Origin: a virus
Taxonomy: Duplodnaviria; Caudoviricetes
IMG/VR virus record: IMGVR_UViG_3300028925_005942
Span: 1-63,437 of that record
Reading direction: 5' to 3' (one strand)
DNA length: 63,437 nt
Part shown: positions 51,701 to 62,131 of the stretch, in pieces
Layout: every line of letters begins with the position of its first letter
How positions within the stretch are numbered: the first letter of the stretch is position 1
Position numbers and translations under genes: made by a program
Notes under the pieces: model-generated
Told to the model about the DNA's origin: nothing
Database searches by the model: none
What the model saw: only the letters and a program-made list of their open reading frames with translations

Positions 51701-54453
51701 TTACTAAATTCAAGGGTAAAAGTACTGAGTTTAATAAAGACAGGTTTGAAACAGCTAAAGATATTCTAAAAGAATTAGATACAAGCAAGTTAACGGGTGA
51801 TAATAAAAAAGTTATTGAAGAATTAGTAGATAATGTAATCAATGAAGAGATATTTATAGATGATATGTCTTATGCAGACAACTTATACATTACGGCATTA
51901 GATTTATCTTTTGAGGTAGGTAAGAATAATGAACCCTATATACCAACTCAGGTTATAGCTAAACTAAACAGAAAGGCTTTCGCAGCTAAGAATGCTAAAG
52001 AGATTTCAGATGGTATAGCTAACGGAGTTAAAAAGTTAGGATTGTCTGACATGAGTACTATTGAAATTGAAAATGTATTAGGAAGGCAAAACTTAGCATT
52101 TATAGATGAAGCTGTAGGAACAGGGAAAACTAGCCCTATATATAAGGCTATCGTTAACCCTATAGAAAGAGGTATTAGTGGTTTACTTACAGATGTTAGT
52201 ACTGCTATGTCTACTTTTAATGCAGCTCTAGGGAGAAAGGTTAATGAGAAGACTTCTTTTGATACAGAATATAAGAGAAAAAAAATCAATACAAAGGTTG
52301 GGATGCTCATGATTCAGATGCAAGAGAATAGTGCTTACAGTAAAAGAGATGTTTGGGGATATATATTAGGGAAGGAAAATAGAAAAAAAACATACAAGAA
52401 TAAAGAAACGCCTATTCTTCTTCAAGAGATTTATGATGCCCTTCCAAAGAAGAGAAATGATGAAGGATTATTTGTTGTTGATGTAGAGAAAGCTTATAAA
52501 GGATTATCAGCAAGAGAGAAAAGAGTATTTGATGCGTCAAGAAAAATACTTAATGAATTAGAATCAAAACAAAAGCATATCAACGAGTATAGAGGAATTC
52601 CTTTTAATGCTATTGAGAATTATGTGCCTTTATTGGGTAAATCAGAAACATCAAGAGCAGATGGAGATGGATACACTATATCTGATATGAAAGATAAACC
52701 TTGGGCGGCTAATATGGCTAACTCTAATGTTAAGTTGGCAGCAGACAGAGGTAAGGCTAGAACTTCTAATAACATTAGAATTTACGAACCTAATATTGAG
52801 AGAATATTAACTGATGCTGTTCAGCAGGTTAATAGAGATTACCATCTAACAGATGCCGTTGGTAAAATGGGTGAGACAATTAACCATGTCAAAAATAACT
52901 GGGGAAAAGAAAATGTAGATGGATTAAATATTTTTGCTGATGCAGTTCAAAATAGAATGATAGATGCAGTTAAATTTCAATTTGAAACCACTCCAGGGAC
53001 TATTGCTCAGAAATTTATGGGAGCTACTTATGCCTTTAAACTTGCTAGAACATGGAGAGTTCCAATTGAAATATGCACAGAAGTATATAGAATTAACACT
53101 GCTGTAGGAAATAAGTACTCTCCTGAAATTATAATAAAGTCTGGTTTAGAAAGAATAAATAAAAACTTAATAAACTCTAAAAACAAACTATATAGCTTTC
53201 TTCGTTCTGATACTAAACTAGAGGATTTGTCTTCTGGAGTTAAGTATGACAAAGAATACACTGTATTTGATAAATTACTCCAACAAACAAAAAGTCCATA
53301 CATTCATAAATTTAATAGGTGGCAAATTGAAGGTGCTTATGATATGAATAATGTAATGGCTAATAAAGGGGTTGTAGCGGGAATGGCACAATATGCTTTA
53401 GGATTACCAGATAGAGCTACTATACATATGGCTTGGATGCCTAGATTCATGGCAGAATTCAAGTCAATCACTGGAGAAAAATTCTCTTATGAAAAATATG
53501 CTGAAGACGCTTCATACGGAAAGAATCATAATAAGGCTATATTAGAAGCATCCTCAATAGGAGATAAGGCAGCTCAGATGTATAAAAACACTTCTATGAA
53601 GGGGCAGCAGAGAACAAAGCTTAGAGTATTTAATCCTCTGAAAGGTAAGGATGCATTTAACTATTATGTTGACGCTAAAAGTGCTGCGTCTCCTTACTTA
53701 ACCTACATGTCTACATTTGGAGCTTTAGAGTCGGCTATGTTCAGTAAATCTGTATCTGATTCTTATAATGGAGTCAACTCTAATAAAGGAGACGGAATAA
53801 GAGCTGCTGTTGGTATATTTTCAGCTGGCGTTGGTTATGGACTAATGACTCAAATTGAATACCAGTATGGTTCATACCTTTACAATCAAGCTGTTTATGG
53901 AGAAAGTTCTGAAGAAGCTCAAGCAAAAGCAGCGGAAATAGCTAAGATAATTACTCCTGAAGGTATTGGGTTACAGATTTTAGCGAATGCAGCATTCTTA
54001 AACATAACTAAATTTTCACAAACAGCTAGATTAGTTTCTTTATCGACAGCTGGGTTGATTTCTCAGAATACTGAAAACAAGGAATTAAAAGTTAAATTAG
54101 ATGAATTGACCAATAAGATACTTATGGGAGACCCTATATTAGCTGAAAAATATGGAGATAAAACACAAATATTAAAAGATTTAGTTCCTAATATACATTA
54201 TGGATTAGGAGTTGTCACTGATAATGTAGGAAATATAAATGATTTTGGTGAGTTTTATGATGCAGAGCTTGATAGTGATACAAAACGTGTAGAGTTATGG
54301 AAACTAATTGAGTCTCTTAATGATTTACAAAAACTATATTTCATGACTAAGCATGGTACACAGGTATTTGGACAGAAATATATAGATAAACAAATAAGAA
54401 AAGAACAAGAAATACTAAAGAATAGAGCTATTGGAGATTACAACGATTTATAA
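45739..54453 (+). CDS. 2904-aa polyvalent internal virion protein (lysozyme-like, zincin metallopeptidase, GNAT-like domains)
   Basis: AENSG..AINPKSSATGAYQF; TAHEVGH...NEALAE; DIVGLFK..KGVAGKLLDKAVEAGG.KLDNFD..L..IYEKAGF. Confidence 0.7.
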   Translation: MPIEDLDNLELNTDELGQNYSTEEDAPEVPVTEEVDVTAEDETKVDDIKTSVDTLTYKWNGVKGDELKQSHANLYATMSNPNLITRAEEAGVEPEEFLFNLFEDEFNGDKANFKIALKNIKKETNLTLEHATSVDKDAYLEDFFGKNITAPKEGAIKYKEEDGIYSMSNDKGEWSTINERTFNLGKRNSQYDSKSREYIRGVEEDIIPPINNDEENSTKGITREEFATGIVFAENSGEFDYKAINPKSSATGAYQFLYERDEVKAYLKKNYSITTRKGFQDSEEAQDGLLDYMLEDKPGRYPFMAKSLQKDYKDFIPETIEYNQLLALEHFAGHGELRELFARVRDKKITKKEVFDFVPKGQEVLNLSVGEYLKRFNKGFSSVGNDEAINEQESFFNNPLIAISDGINSQLPTNGEDANEGAIIDSREIYEQSLITSNEISPLLDNKMPAGFDFTDDLDEVWDNMSLSAIELISSNVDEKLNDESVLGDEKSILQASLTNESDIEEIAEMTVNNKKLNLYTAAADGMFADILSVYESDIEEERKANQEATNNANKRIKSSGVNIMMPGATTSREVSTEIGTPDIIQFTAEEFLTKDRFNNIPPAMKLIMAERIQDLYNNKLREPEFNKKKEDMLTFWGASSKESIATEVQNFIDSSAENGETMKDIVTKVNESYPVELKLDDAGKLSVEFNDEELYNKIDGEATSHANEVVPGQTNIGSSAEMVLKHGLNQTIPGYLKWALTGTKAFSIVGRTPTESEEFKSSIVSFIGDPTLWATGGIVGFAGKKIGTKLLTRHLAKWETRLAVKYGDEAAKTTVNLVAKRQAAKITAPIASGATLGTWKFNNEVLTQRVQKSGWGVNDIDYWDSIQEGGIDAVLGASIFGVSSKVMGRFKLMDETMALKGRSPLSRGMLKYGVAHPIDLAGQTSVFVGGGAVLHGNIPTMQEAEETAVFLLSMKFAHGVQNGLFTYVKTGNFKKGEGMPANFSPIERDIINAKFNLTKPKENATVSEKVEWDNNTSKEIAENKEIFNDLLHDKTVPLTLRSKVLMREFGLKLGVNGDTDDNKFKRNKKAKALVTTEVKTIFNGANFDVIKLNENGEVLDVARFKNSTDANTFAQTTVKNISDNIARFNYNNEMSLDNKVEIVDYLKNELGSSLNEVTEILNTTTPTERTHNQNILVEAFKSKVQEVSDLNQLKIKEEATESLKTKGEEVTEQALENEIIKLRELKSKQDEVILKGRVKKEGEQEIQGKQKADNQLLRNIEIALSKDGDNPIYATEESISSINKENLTDHQKEALIDIDKSIKAFKSLGLDVYIHTSNKEYMKSSGEAIEGVNIQGHRNTKTGDIHMNMSHLDKLTTAHEVGHHFGELLKKANPEKYKIVEEGVYKLISENPEFAEVLDYIKSKDAEGNDIYKDISEKKNEALAEYIAKLQKGDYTVETQNKFINGAKIQLNKIMETLKIDYKFETNNEVLTFLDGITKKIDKGEDITKKDLGVGKEKTEFSELLTKTKNENPDAYWSVGEVSLEEVKKGTLIKTEGGQAIVKADGDIVGLFKTPGTTEKGVAGKLLDKAVEAGGTKLDNFDNHLTPIYEKAGFRVVSRMKFNEEYAPEGWNKEKHGTPDVVAMVYDPAKKLKIEEKSFTDYDKAMSYRDSQIKGEAIQPRVSKERGRVFTEIDNIISKTKKRLTEDVNPETLENNAISYLQESKWYAEATDKEREIAVVEVRSNLAIKEKKSPSVNKVLGNPKENTVVMTEKVALKEQLKSEAKGAKGAEGYIKEINTKLIDYIKESDLKDSSIGKSLLKKVASVTSEKGFDNVVDALEVAVERQTRRDLIGNVRILKEKVRKKLNKGDYTNQSDIIKDLLEAPSHKVKDNAILGELVVKLEELNRSNVALVEPKKIEELNKSISELVAKSEKSIPTQDSLGELGVDIKTRLKGELKSESTEEIDTVKGLRSDILRFERNLEELNIAGKLSEGQYEQYTKELNEFVTKFKGKSTEFNKDRFETAKDILKELDTSKLTGDNKKVIEELVDNVINEEIFIDDMSYADNLYITALDLSFEVGKNNEPYIPTQVIAKLNRKAFAAKNAKEISDGIANGVKKLGLSDMSTIEIENVLGRQNLAFIDEAVGTGKTSPIYKAIVNPIERGISGLLTDVSTAMSTFNAALGRKVNEKTSFDTEYKRKKINTKVGMLMIQMQENSAYSKRDVWGYILGKENRKKTYKNKETPILLQEIYDALPKKRNDEGLFVVDVEKAYKGLSAREKRVFDASRKILNELESKQKHINEYRGIPFNAIENYVPLLGKSETSRADGDGYTISDMKDKPWAANMANSNVKLAADRGKARTSNNIRIYEPNIERILTDAVQQVNRDYHLTDAVGKMGETINHVKNNWGKENVDGLNIFADAVQNRMIDAVKFQFETTPGTIAQKFMGATYAFKLARTWRVPIEICTEVYRINTAVGNKYSPEIIIKSGLERINKNLINSKNKLYSFLRSDTKLEDLSSGVKYDKEYTVFDKLLQQTKSPYIHKFNRWQIEGAYDMNNVMANKGVVAGMAQYALGLPDRATIHMAWMPRFMAEFKSITGEKFSYEKYAEDASYGKNHNKAILEASSIGDKAAQMYKNTSMKGQQRTKLRVFNPLKGKDAFNYYVDAKSAASPYLTYMSTFGALESAMFSKSVSDSYNGVNSNKGDGIRAAVGIFSAGVGYGLMTQIEYQYGSYLYNQAVYGESSEEAQAKAAEIAKIITPEGIGLQILANAAFLNITKFSQTARLVSLSTAGLISQNTENKELKVKLDELTNKILMGDPILAEKYGDKTQILKDLVPNIHYGLGVVTDNVGNINDFGEFYDAELDSDTKRVELWKLIESLNDLQKLYFMTKHGTQVFGQKYIDKQIRKEQEILKNRAIGDYNDL

Positions 54454-54507
54454 TAGAACTTGTAATAAAAAAACACTATATTTGTAACACATAAATAATA
54501 AAAAACC

Positions 54508-54783
54508 ATGGCAGATAAACACGATGAATTAGCATTAGGAATGGCTAAACAATTAGTACTAACAGACGCAGATGTAATTATCAACAGACAAGTGTATTAT
54601 ATTGTTGCGGTTACTGATACAGTTTTAACTGGTATAACAATGAATACAGACGCAGCTGGAACTGGTGAGACTATAACTGGCGTTCTAAACGGAAAGACTA
54701 TTGTAGCGGGAAGTCAATTCCCTTTATCAATATCAGCAGCAACAGTTACATCTGGTGAGTGCATTATGTATAGCAAAGTTTAA
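54508..54783 (+). CDS. small beta-rich structural protein
   Basis: ORF with its own promoter at 54477. Confidence 0.55.
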   Translation: MADKHDELALGMAKQLVLTDADVIINRQVYYIVAVTDTVLTGITMNTDAAGTGETITGVLNGKTIVAGSQFPLSISAATVTSGECIMYSKV

Positions 54784-54840
54784 TGCGTTTGCATATGCAT
54801 ATGCATTGCTATAAGATAACATAAGATAACATAAGATAAC
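54783..54840 (+). repeat. iteron-like element copy 3
   Basis: ATGCGTTTGCATATGCATATGCATTGCT followed by (ATAAGATAAC)x3. Confidence 0.85.
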
Positions 54841-54848
54841 ACTATATT

Positions 54849-55538
54849 ATGAAATTAGGAATAAGATTAGGACATCCTAAAGTATCATCAGGATTTTCAC
54901 CAACAGACGCTTCAGACTTATCTTTATGGTATCAGAATGGGGTTGGAGTAACTTCTCGTCAATGGGCGGATTCTTCTGGAAATAATAATACAGCAGACGC
55001 TCCTACAGGGAATGAGCCTACACCAGCAGAAGGAGGTTTTGATTTTGAAAACGACAGTAGCACTACTATTGATTACTTGGACTTTTCTTCATTTGATTTA
55101 ACAGGGGCATTCAGTATGTTTTGGGTAATCAAAATGGAGTCTTACGATAATCAAAACACGCTATTTAGCTCAAACAACTCAAATTTTATTGAACAGCAAT
55201 CAGCCGCTCAAATAAGAATGAAATGTAAAGGAAGTACAACTATATTAGCGTATGGAGGCCCTAATAACTTTTCTACTGGTAGTAAGTTTTTGATGACTGT
55301 AAATAGAGATTCCTCAGGAAATATTTCCACCTATAAAGATGGGGTTTTATTAACTCAGTCTGGTTCTTCAGGAAACCCAAATACAAGCACTCTTACAATA
55401 GATACGCTTGGAGTTAGAGATGATACCGATAGAGCATTTGATGGGATAATGTATGAGTTATTAGTGTATGACTCAGAAAAGACGGGAAGCGAATTAACTA
55501 GTCTTCATAATTATTTAACAACTAAATTTTCTCTGTAA
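54849..55538 (+). CDS. ConA/LamG-like domain virion protein
   Basis: LSLWY...WADSSGNNN...FDGIMYELLVYD...YLTTKF. Confidence 0.7.
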   Translation: MKLGIRLGHPKVSSGFSPTDASDLSLWYQNGVGVTSRQWADSSGNNNTADAPTGNEPTPAEGGFDFENDSSTTIDYLDFSSFDLTGAFSMFWVIKMESYDNQNTLFSSNNSNFIEQQSAAQIRMKCKGSTTILAYGGPNNFSTGSKFLMTVNRDSSGNISTYKDGVLLTQSGSSGNPNTSTLTIDTLGVRDDTDRAFDGIMYELLVYDSEKTGSELTSLHNYLTTKFSL

Positions 55539-56035
55539 TGAGGTATTTTTTACATAACATTGTCAGCCATTTTGGTTTTGATACATTCCACGACTTTACA
55601 ACATCTATGATACACTTCCATCTTTTAAAAGTTACTGCTCCAGTTGGAGTTTGTCTTGGCTTAATGTCTAGTATGTTGGGCTTTGCTGATGCGACATCAT
55701 TAGCCTTCTTTGTAATGGTTTTATTTGAGTTAATCTCAGGTGTTTCTGCCTCAGTATTTGAAGGTAAAAAGATAGAAAGCAGGAAGTTTTCTAGATTTGG
55801 TTTTAAATTATTGACGTGGTTAGTGCTAATGGGAGTGTTAAATTCCTTTAAAAGCCAATATGATTCAGGAGTATTAGGATGGTTGATGAGTACCATGGCT
55901 TCTAGTGTTGTAGGGTATATATTATTTGAATATGTTTTATCAATTGTAGAGAATTTAGAAAGAATTACTGGAAAATCCATTCCATTAAAGAAATTTTTAT
56001 TAGATTTGTTTGATAAATTCATAAACAAAAACTAA
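55538..56035 (+). CDS. holin
   Basis: Several TM helices, SGV.AS...IESRKF, SIVENL; directly upstream of the endolysin. Confidence 0.75.
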   Translation: MRYFLHNIVSHFGFDTFHDFTTSMIHFHLLKVTAPVGVCLGLMSSMLGFADATSLAFFVMVLFELISGVSASVFEGKKIESRKFSRFGFKLLTWLVLMGVLNSFKSQYDSGVLGWLMSTMASSVVGYILFEYVLSIVENLERITGKSIPLKKFLLDLFDKFINKN

Positions 56036-56526
56036 TGAACCGAGAATTAAAGTACCTTGTTATACATTGTACTGCAACACCAGCTGGCAGAGAAGTAACA
56101 GAACAAGACATCAAAGAGTGGCATATGGCAGAGCCACCAAAAGGAAGGGGATGGTCTAAAGTAGGTTACTCCGACTTAATCCATTTAGATGGCACTATGA
56201 CTAACCTAACACCATTCAATCAAGATGGTAGAGTTGACTATTGGGAACTTACTTATGGTTCTTCAGGTATTAATTCAGTATCAAGACATATTGTATACTC
56301 AGGAGGAACATCTAAAGATGGCTATAACGCTAAAGATACAAGAACAAAAGAGCAGACCAAGACAATGGATGCTTATGTACTCTACATGATTAGAAGACAC
56401 CCTGATATTCAAGTAGCAGGTCATAATCAATTTAAAAAGAAGTCATGTCCATCATTCTGTACGGTAGATTACTGCAAATCAATTGGAGTCCCAGGAAAGA
56501 ATATATTCAAAGGGGAACACAAGTAA
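56035..56526 (+). CDS. endolysin, N-acetylmuramoyl-L-alanine amidase (T7 lysozyme-like)
   Basis: LVIHCTAT, RGWSKVGY, GHNQF..KSCPSF zinc amidase motifs. Confidence 0.92.
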   Translation: MNRELKYLVIHCTATPAGREVTEQDIKEWHMAEPPKGRGWSKVGYSDLIHLDGTMTNLTPFNQDGRVDYWELTYGSSGINSVSRHIVYSGGTSKDGYNAKDTRTKEQTKTMDAYVLYMIRRHPDIQVAGHNQFKKKSCPSFCTVDYCKSIGVPGKNIFKGEHK

Positions 56527-56594
56527 AGTTATAAACAAATCCAATTACTATCATTAATTATTAGTATTATTGCATAACAATTAAAAGTTATACA

Positions 56595-57689
56595 ATGAAA
56601 AAAGAAGAAGGAAAAAGACTAAGACTATCCAGAGATGAGGTTGAATTAGTCAATCAGAGTAGAGCTAACTCTCTAGACAATTTTAATGATAACACATCAT
56701 TAGATATCCACCTAGAAGATAGAGGTATTAAGAAGAAAGATGTAGTCTCCGTAAAGCATTGGCAAACAATGAAGGGAGATAACAGATTCTCTGTAGTAAC
56801 TAAAGAAGGAGTCGATAACGAGGACTCAGACATACTAGAGAGAGTTGGAAAATTCATAGAAGAACACTCCCCTCATTACCCTTCGGTAAAGAGATTACAC
56901 AAAGATGATGGTCATTTATTAGTAATTAATCCTGCTGACATTCATGTAGGTAAATATGCTAATGCAAGAGAGACTGGAGAGGAATATAACATGCAGATAG
57001 CCAAAGAAAGGGTTTTAGAGGGGGTACAAGGGCTTATAAACAAATCTAAGGGTTTCCATGTAGATAAGGTATTATTCTGTATTGGTAACGATATTCTCCA
57101 TACGGACTCCGTGCTTTCGGCAACTACTAGAGGTACTTATCAGGACACTGATGGTAAGTGGTGGGAGCATTATGAAGTTGCTTTAGAAATTTATGTAGCT
57201 TGTGTTGAGATGTTAAGAGAGGTAGCTCCAGTAGATGTGGTTCATTCAATGTCTAACCATGATTTCCAGAGTGGATTTCATTTAGCACACGCTTTACAAT
57301 CTTGGTTCAGAAACACTAAAGATGTTGACTTTGATATATCAGTAGCTAATCGTAAGTATTATAGATATTTTTCTAGTCTTATAGGATTAGAACATGGCGA
57401 TGGAGCTAAGATGGATAAGTTACCTATTTTAATGGCACAGGAGCAACCACTACTCTGGGGGGAAACTACTCATAGGTACTGGTATCTACATCATTTACAT
57501 CACAAGATAAAATATAAGTGGCTGGATGCTAAGGATTTCATTGGAGTTACAGTAGAATACATGAGAAGTCCATCATCAGCAGATTCCTGGCATGCAGGGA
57601 AAGGATTTACAGGAACCTTGCGGGCAGTTGAAGGTTTCATTCATGCTAAACAAGGAGGTCAAGTGGCTCGATTAGTACATTACTTTTAA
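56595..57689 (+). CDS. calcineurin-like metallophosphoesterase
   Basis: DIHVG, GNDILH, SNHD, EHGD, HHLHH. Confidence 0.85.
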   Translation: MKKEEGKRLRLSRDEVELVNQSRANSLDNFNDNTSLDIHLEDRGIKKKDVVSVKHWQTMKGDNRFSVVTKEGVDNEDSDILERVGKFIEEHSPHYPSVKRLHKDDGHLLVINPADIHVGKYANARETGEEYNMQIAKERVLEGVQGLINKSKGFHVDKVLFCIGNDILHTDSVLSATTRGTYQDTDGKWWEHYEVALEIYVACVEMLREVAPVDVVHSMSNHDFQSGFHLAHALQSWFRNTKDVDFDISVANRKYYRYFSSLIGLEHGDGAKMDKLPILMAQEQPLLWGETTHRYWYLHHLHHKIKYKWLDAKDFIGVTVEYMRSPSSADSWHAGKGFTGTLRAVEGFIHAKQGGQVARLVHYF

Positions 57690-57719
57690 CATAATAAATA
57701 ATAACAAACAAACAACAAA

Positions 57720-57950
57720 ATGGCAAAAACAATTAAACCAGATTTCTCTATGGCAAACACAATCAATCCAGCAATCGCTGATGCAAGAGACGAAAGAGCA
57801 TCTCAAGAAAGAAAGATGTTAAGAATGGAAGCGCTTAAGACAGCGGCAGGACTTGCTGTAAGTGGTGGAGACGTAGATACTAAAGTAGTTATAGATGCAG
57901 CTAACAATATCTATAATTATTTAGAGAACGGAACAACAATGGTGAAATAA
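57720..57950 (+). CDS. hypothetical protein
   Basis: ORF with A-rich leader. Confidence 0.6.
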   Translation: MAKTIKPDFSMANTINPAIADARDERASQERKMLRMEALKTAAGLAVSGGDVDTKVVIDAANNIYNYLENGTTMVK

Positions 57951-58564
57951 TGAAATCAAATATAAACATCATCGTAGTGTTTATCGTGATGTTAACATCT
58001 ATAGCTATGTGTAATATAGAAAGGCGTGAGTCTATTCAAAATGCACATAACCTTTCTAGTATGGCTGACACTACTAATCATTATAGACACGCATATAAAG
58101 TTAATAAAGAACACATAAATGAACTTAAAATTAATAATGAAGCACTTAGGGAAACTATTAAGGATTACAAAAATGTTAATAATATCACAACCGTTGTTAC
58201 TGTTACGAGCCTTGACACAATATACATTCCTTTTTCTGATACTATTAATTATATTTTCAATACTACTGCCGTGGTTAGTAGTGAGTTCTATAATATCAAT
58301 GCTGCTATTAGTAACGAAGGGCTTCAGATAAATAAGATATCTTTTCCTAATGAGACTTCAATAGTAGTTGGAGATAAAAAGATTAGGGGATTTTTAGGTA
58401 TAACTAAAGGAACTGAGTATGCAATTGGAGTTACTCATACTAACCCTCATATGAAAACTGTTAACCTTCAGCATTACACGATAACAAAAAAGAAGAGGTG
58501 GTACGAAACCACCCCCTTTCTTATTGGTGCTGGACTTATATCAGGAATACTGATAGCCAAATAG
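57950..58564 (+). CDS. membrane-anchored coiled-coil protein, possible spanin
   Basis: N-terminal TM, coiled coil, KKKRW plus hydrophobic C-terminus; near lysis genes. Confidence 0.5.
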   Translation: MKSNINIIVVFIVMLTSIAMCNIERRESIQNAHNLSSMADTTNHYRHAYKVNKEHINELKINNEALRETIKDYKNVNNITTVVTVTSLDTIYIPFSDTINYIFNTTAVVSSEFYNINAAISNEGLQINKISFPNETSIVVGDKKIRGFLGITKGTEYAIGVTHTNPHMKTVNLQHYTITKKKRWYETTPFLIGAGLISGILIAK

Positions 58565-58738
58565 TCTTTCCTAATCGTCAGTCTTTATGTAGATTTGAAG
58601 TTGAAATTGAATTAACTGGTCTATTCTATGATTGTAACTGTAAACCATCAGTGTTAACTAGAGGAGACTTCTTGAGCTAATCCTAGCCATCTACATCTTC
58701 ACACCCTAAGACCTCAGAGTGTTTTTATGCTCCCCTTT

Positions 58739-60944
<2,206 letters not shown>

Positions 60945-60958
<14 letters not shown>

Positions 60959-61199
60959 TAGTTAATCCGCAATCTTGTAATTTTTCTATATTAGTTATCC
61001 TCAATGTAATGTCCTCAGCTCTCTTGTTTATACTTCTTAAAAGCTTACCCATGACCCAAGAGTCATTAAGAGCTTCTGCTGTGGTAGTGCATACTGTGAT
61101 AACCTCTATACTGGAGCTATTAGATTTAGTAGCCCTAAGGGTTTTCTTTCTATTAGACCAATCAAAATCAATTCTTATGTTGTATATCGTCTTCTTCAT
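60945..61199 (-). CDS. hypothetical protein
   Basis: ORF track, coupled to neighbours. Confidence 0.55.
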
Positions 61200-61855
61200 T
61201 AGTATCCTGTTAATAGTGTTAGCACTTCATTTATAGCTGGATGTCTGTGATTATCTTCTAGAATAACTTTAAACACATGCTTACTGTCTGTAATCTTTGC
61301 AACCTCATGTATAGCACTATAGTTTATATCCTTTAAGTCTATCTGCTGTTTGTCTCCGCAAAATATCATTATACTATTTTTACCCAATCTACCTAAAGCC
61401 ATATTGAATTGAGACTTAGTTAAATTCTGGAACTCATCTATAATAACAACAGAGTTCTCAAATGTCCTCCCTCTAAAATGTGATAGTGATACAAGCTCTA
61501 CTTCCTCATCTTCCACCATCTTCTCTATCTTCTCTGGCTTATTGTATACCTTTCTCATGTTGGACATAATAGGGACTAACCATGGCTCCATCTTTTCTTT
61601 TTCACTCCCAGGAAGAAATCCATTATCTTCTGTAGCTATTGTAGGTCTAGTAATAACAATCTTATCATACTGGCGCTTAAAGAATTGGTCAAGAGCTATT
61701 TGAACTGCTAATAGCGTTTTACCTGAACCAGCTCTACCTACAACGAAACTAAAAGCATGACTAAGTATATGTTCTTTAGCTCTCCTTTGTTCTTCTGAAA
61801 GGGATATGTTAAATTTAATATTACCCTTGGGGGGTTTCTTTTCTTTATTCCCCAT
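61199..61855 (-). CDS. phoH: PhoH-family ATPase
   Basis: GRAGSGKT, ITRP, GFLPG, FRGRTF, IIDEFQN, GDxxQIDL, HRH. Confidence 0.93.
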   Translation of the reverse strand: MGNKEKKPPKGNIKFNISLSEEQRRAKEHILSHAFSFVVGRAGSGKTLLAVQIALDQFFKRQYDKIVITRPTIATEDNGFLPGSEKEKMEPWLVPIMSNMRKVYNKPEKIEKMVEDEEVELVSLSHFRGRTFENSVVIIDEFQNLTKSQFNMALGRLGKNSIMIFCGDKQQIDLKDINYSAIHEVAKITDSKHVFKVILEDNHRHPAINEVLTLLTGY

Positions 61856-62131
61856 TTATTTACTTTCTTTCATTTCGTTAACAGCACTGTCTCGACCTTC
61901 TAATACATAATCCATAATAGAATCATATATTAATTCTGGAGTATGGTCTCCAGTAACCTCCATTGATTTGTCTATTTCCTGTTCGTATTGTCTAGATACC
62001 TTTAGCAATCTGTTAAACTTCTGTTTGACATTTCTGGCGTTAGTTCCTTTTAAGGAATGAAGATGCTCCGTAAAACACTTAAACAATGCTAAGGTTATGT
62101 TTATATCTAATAGTTCTATTTTATTTTTCAT
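61856..62131 (-). CDS. hypothetical protein
   Basis: ORF track. Confidence 0.55.
   Translation of the reverse strand: MKNKIELLDINITLALFKCFTEHLHSLKGTNARNVKQKFNRLLKVSRQYEQEIDKSMEVTGDHTPELIYDSIMDYVLEGRDSAVNEMKESK

Noticed and set aside
45739-54453. crAss-type virion RNA polymerase
   Set aside because: No DxDxD catalytic motif noticed; recognisable domains point to a polyvalent protein
58119-58680. Embedded o-spanin in an alternative frame
   Set aside because: No convincing lipobox signal peptide in 58119-58331 or 58498-58680
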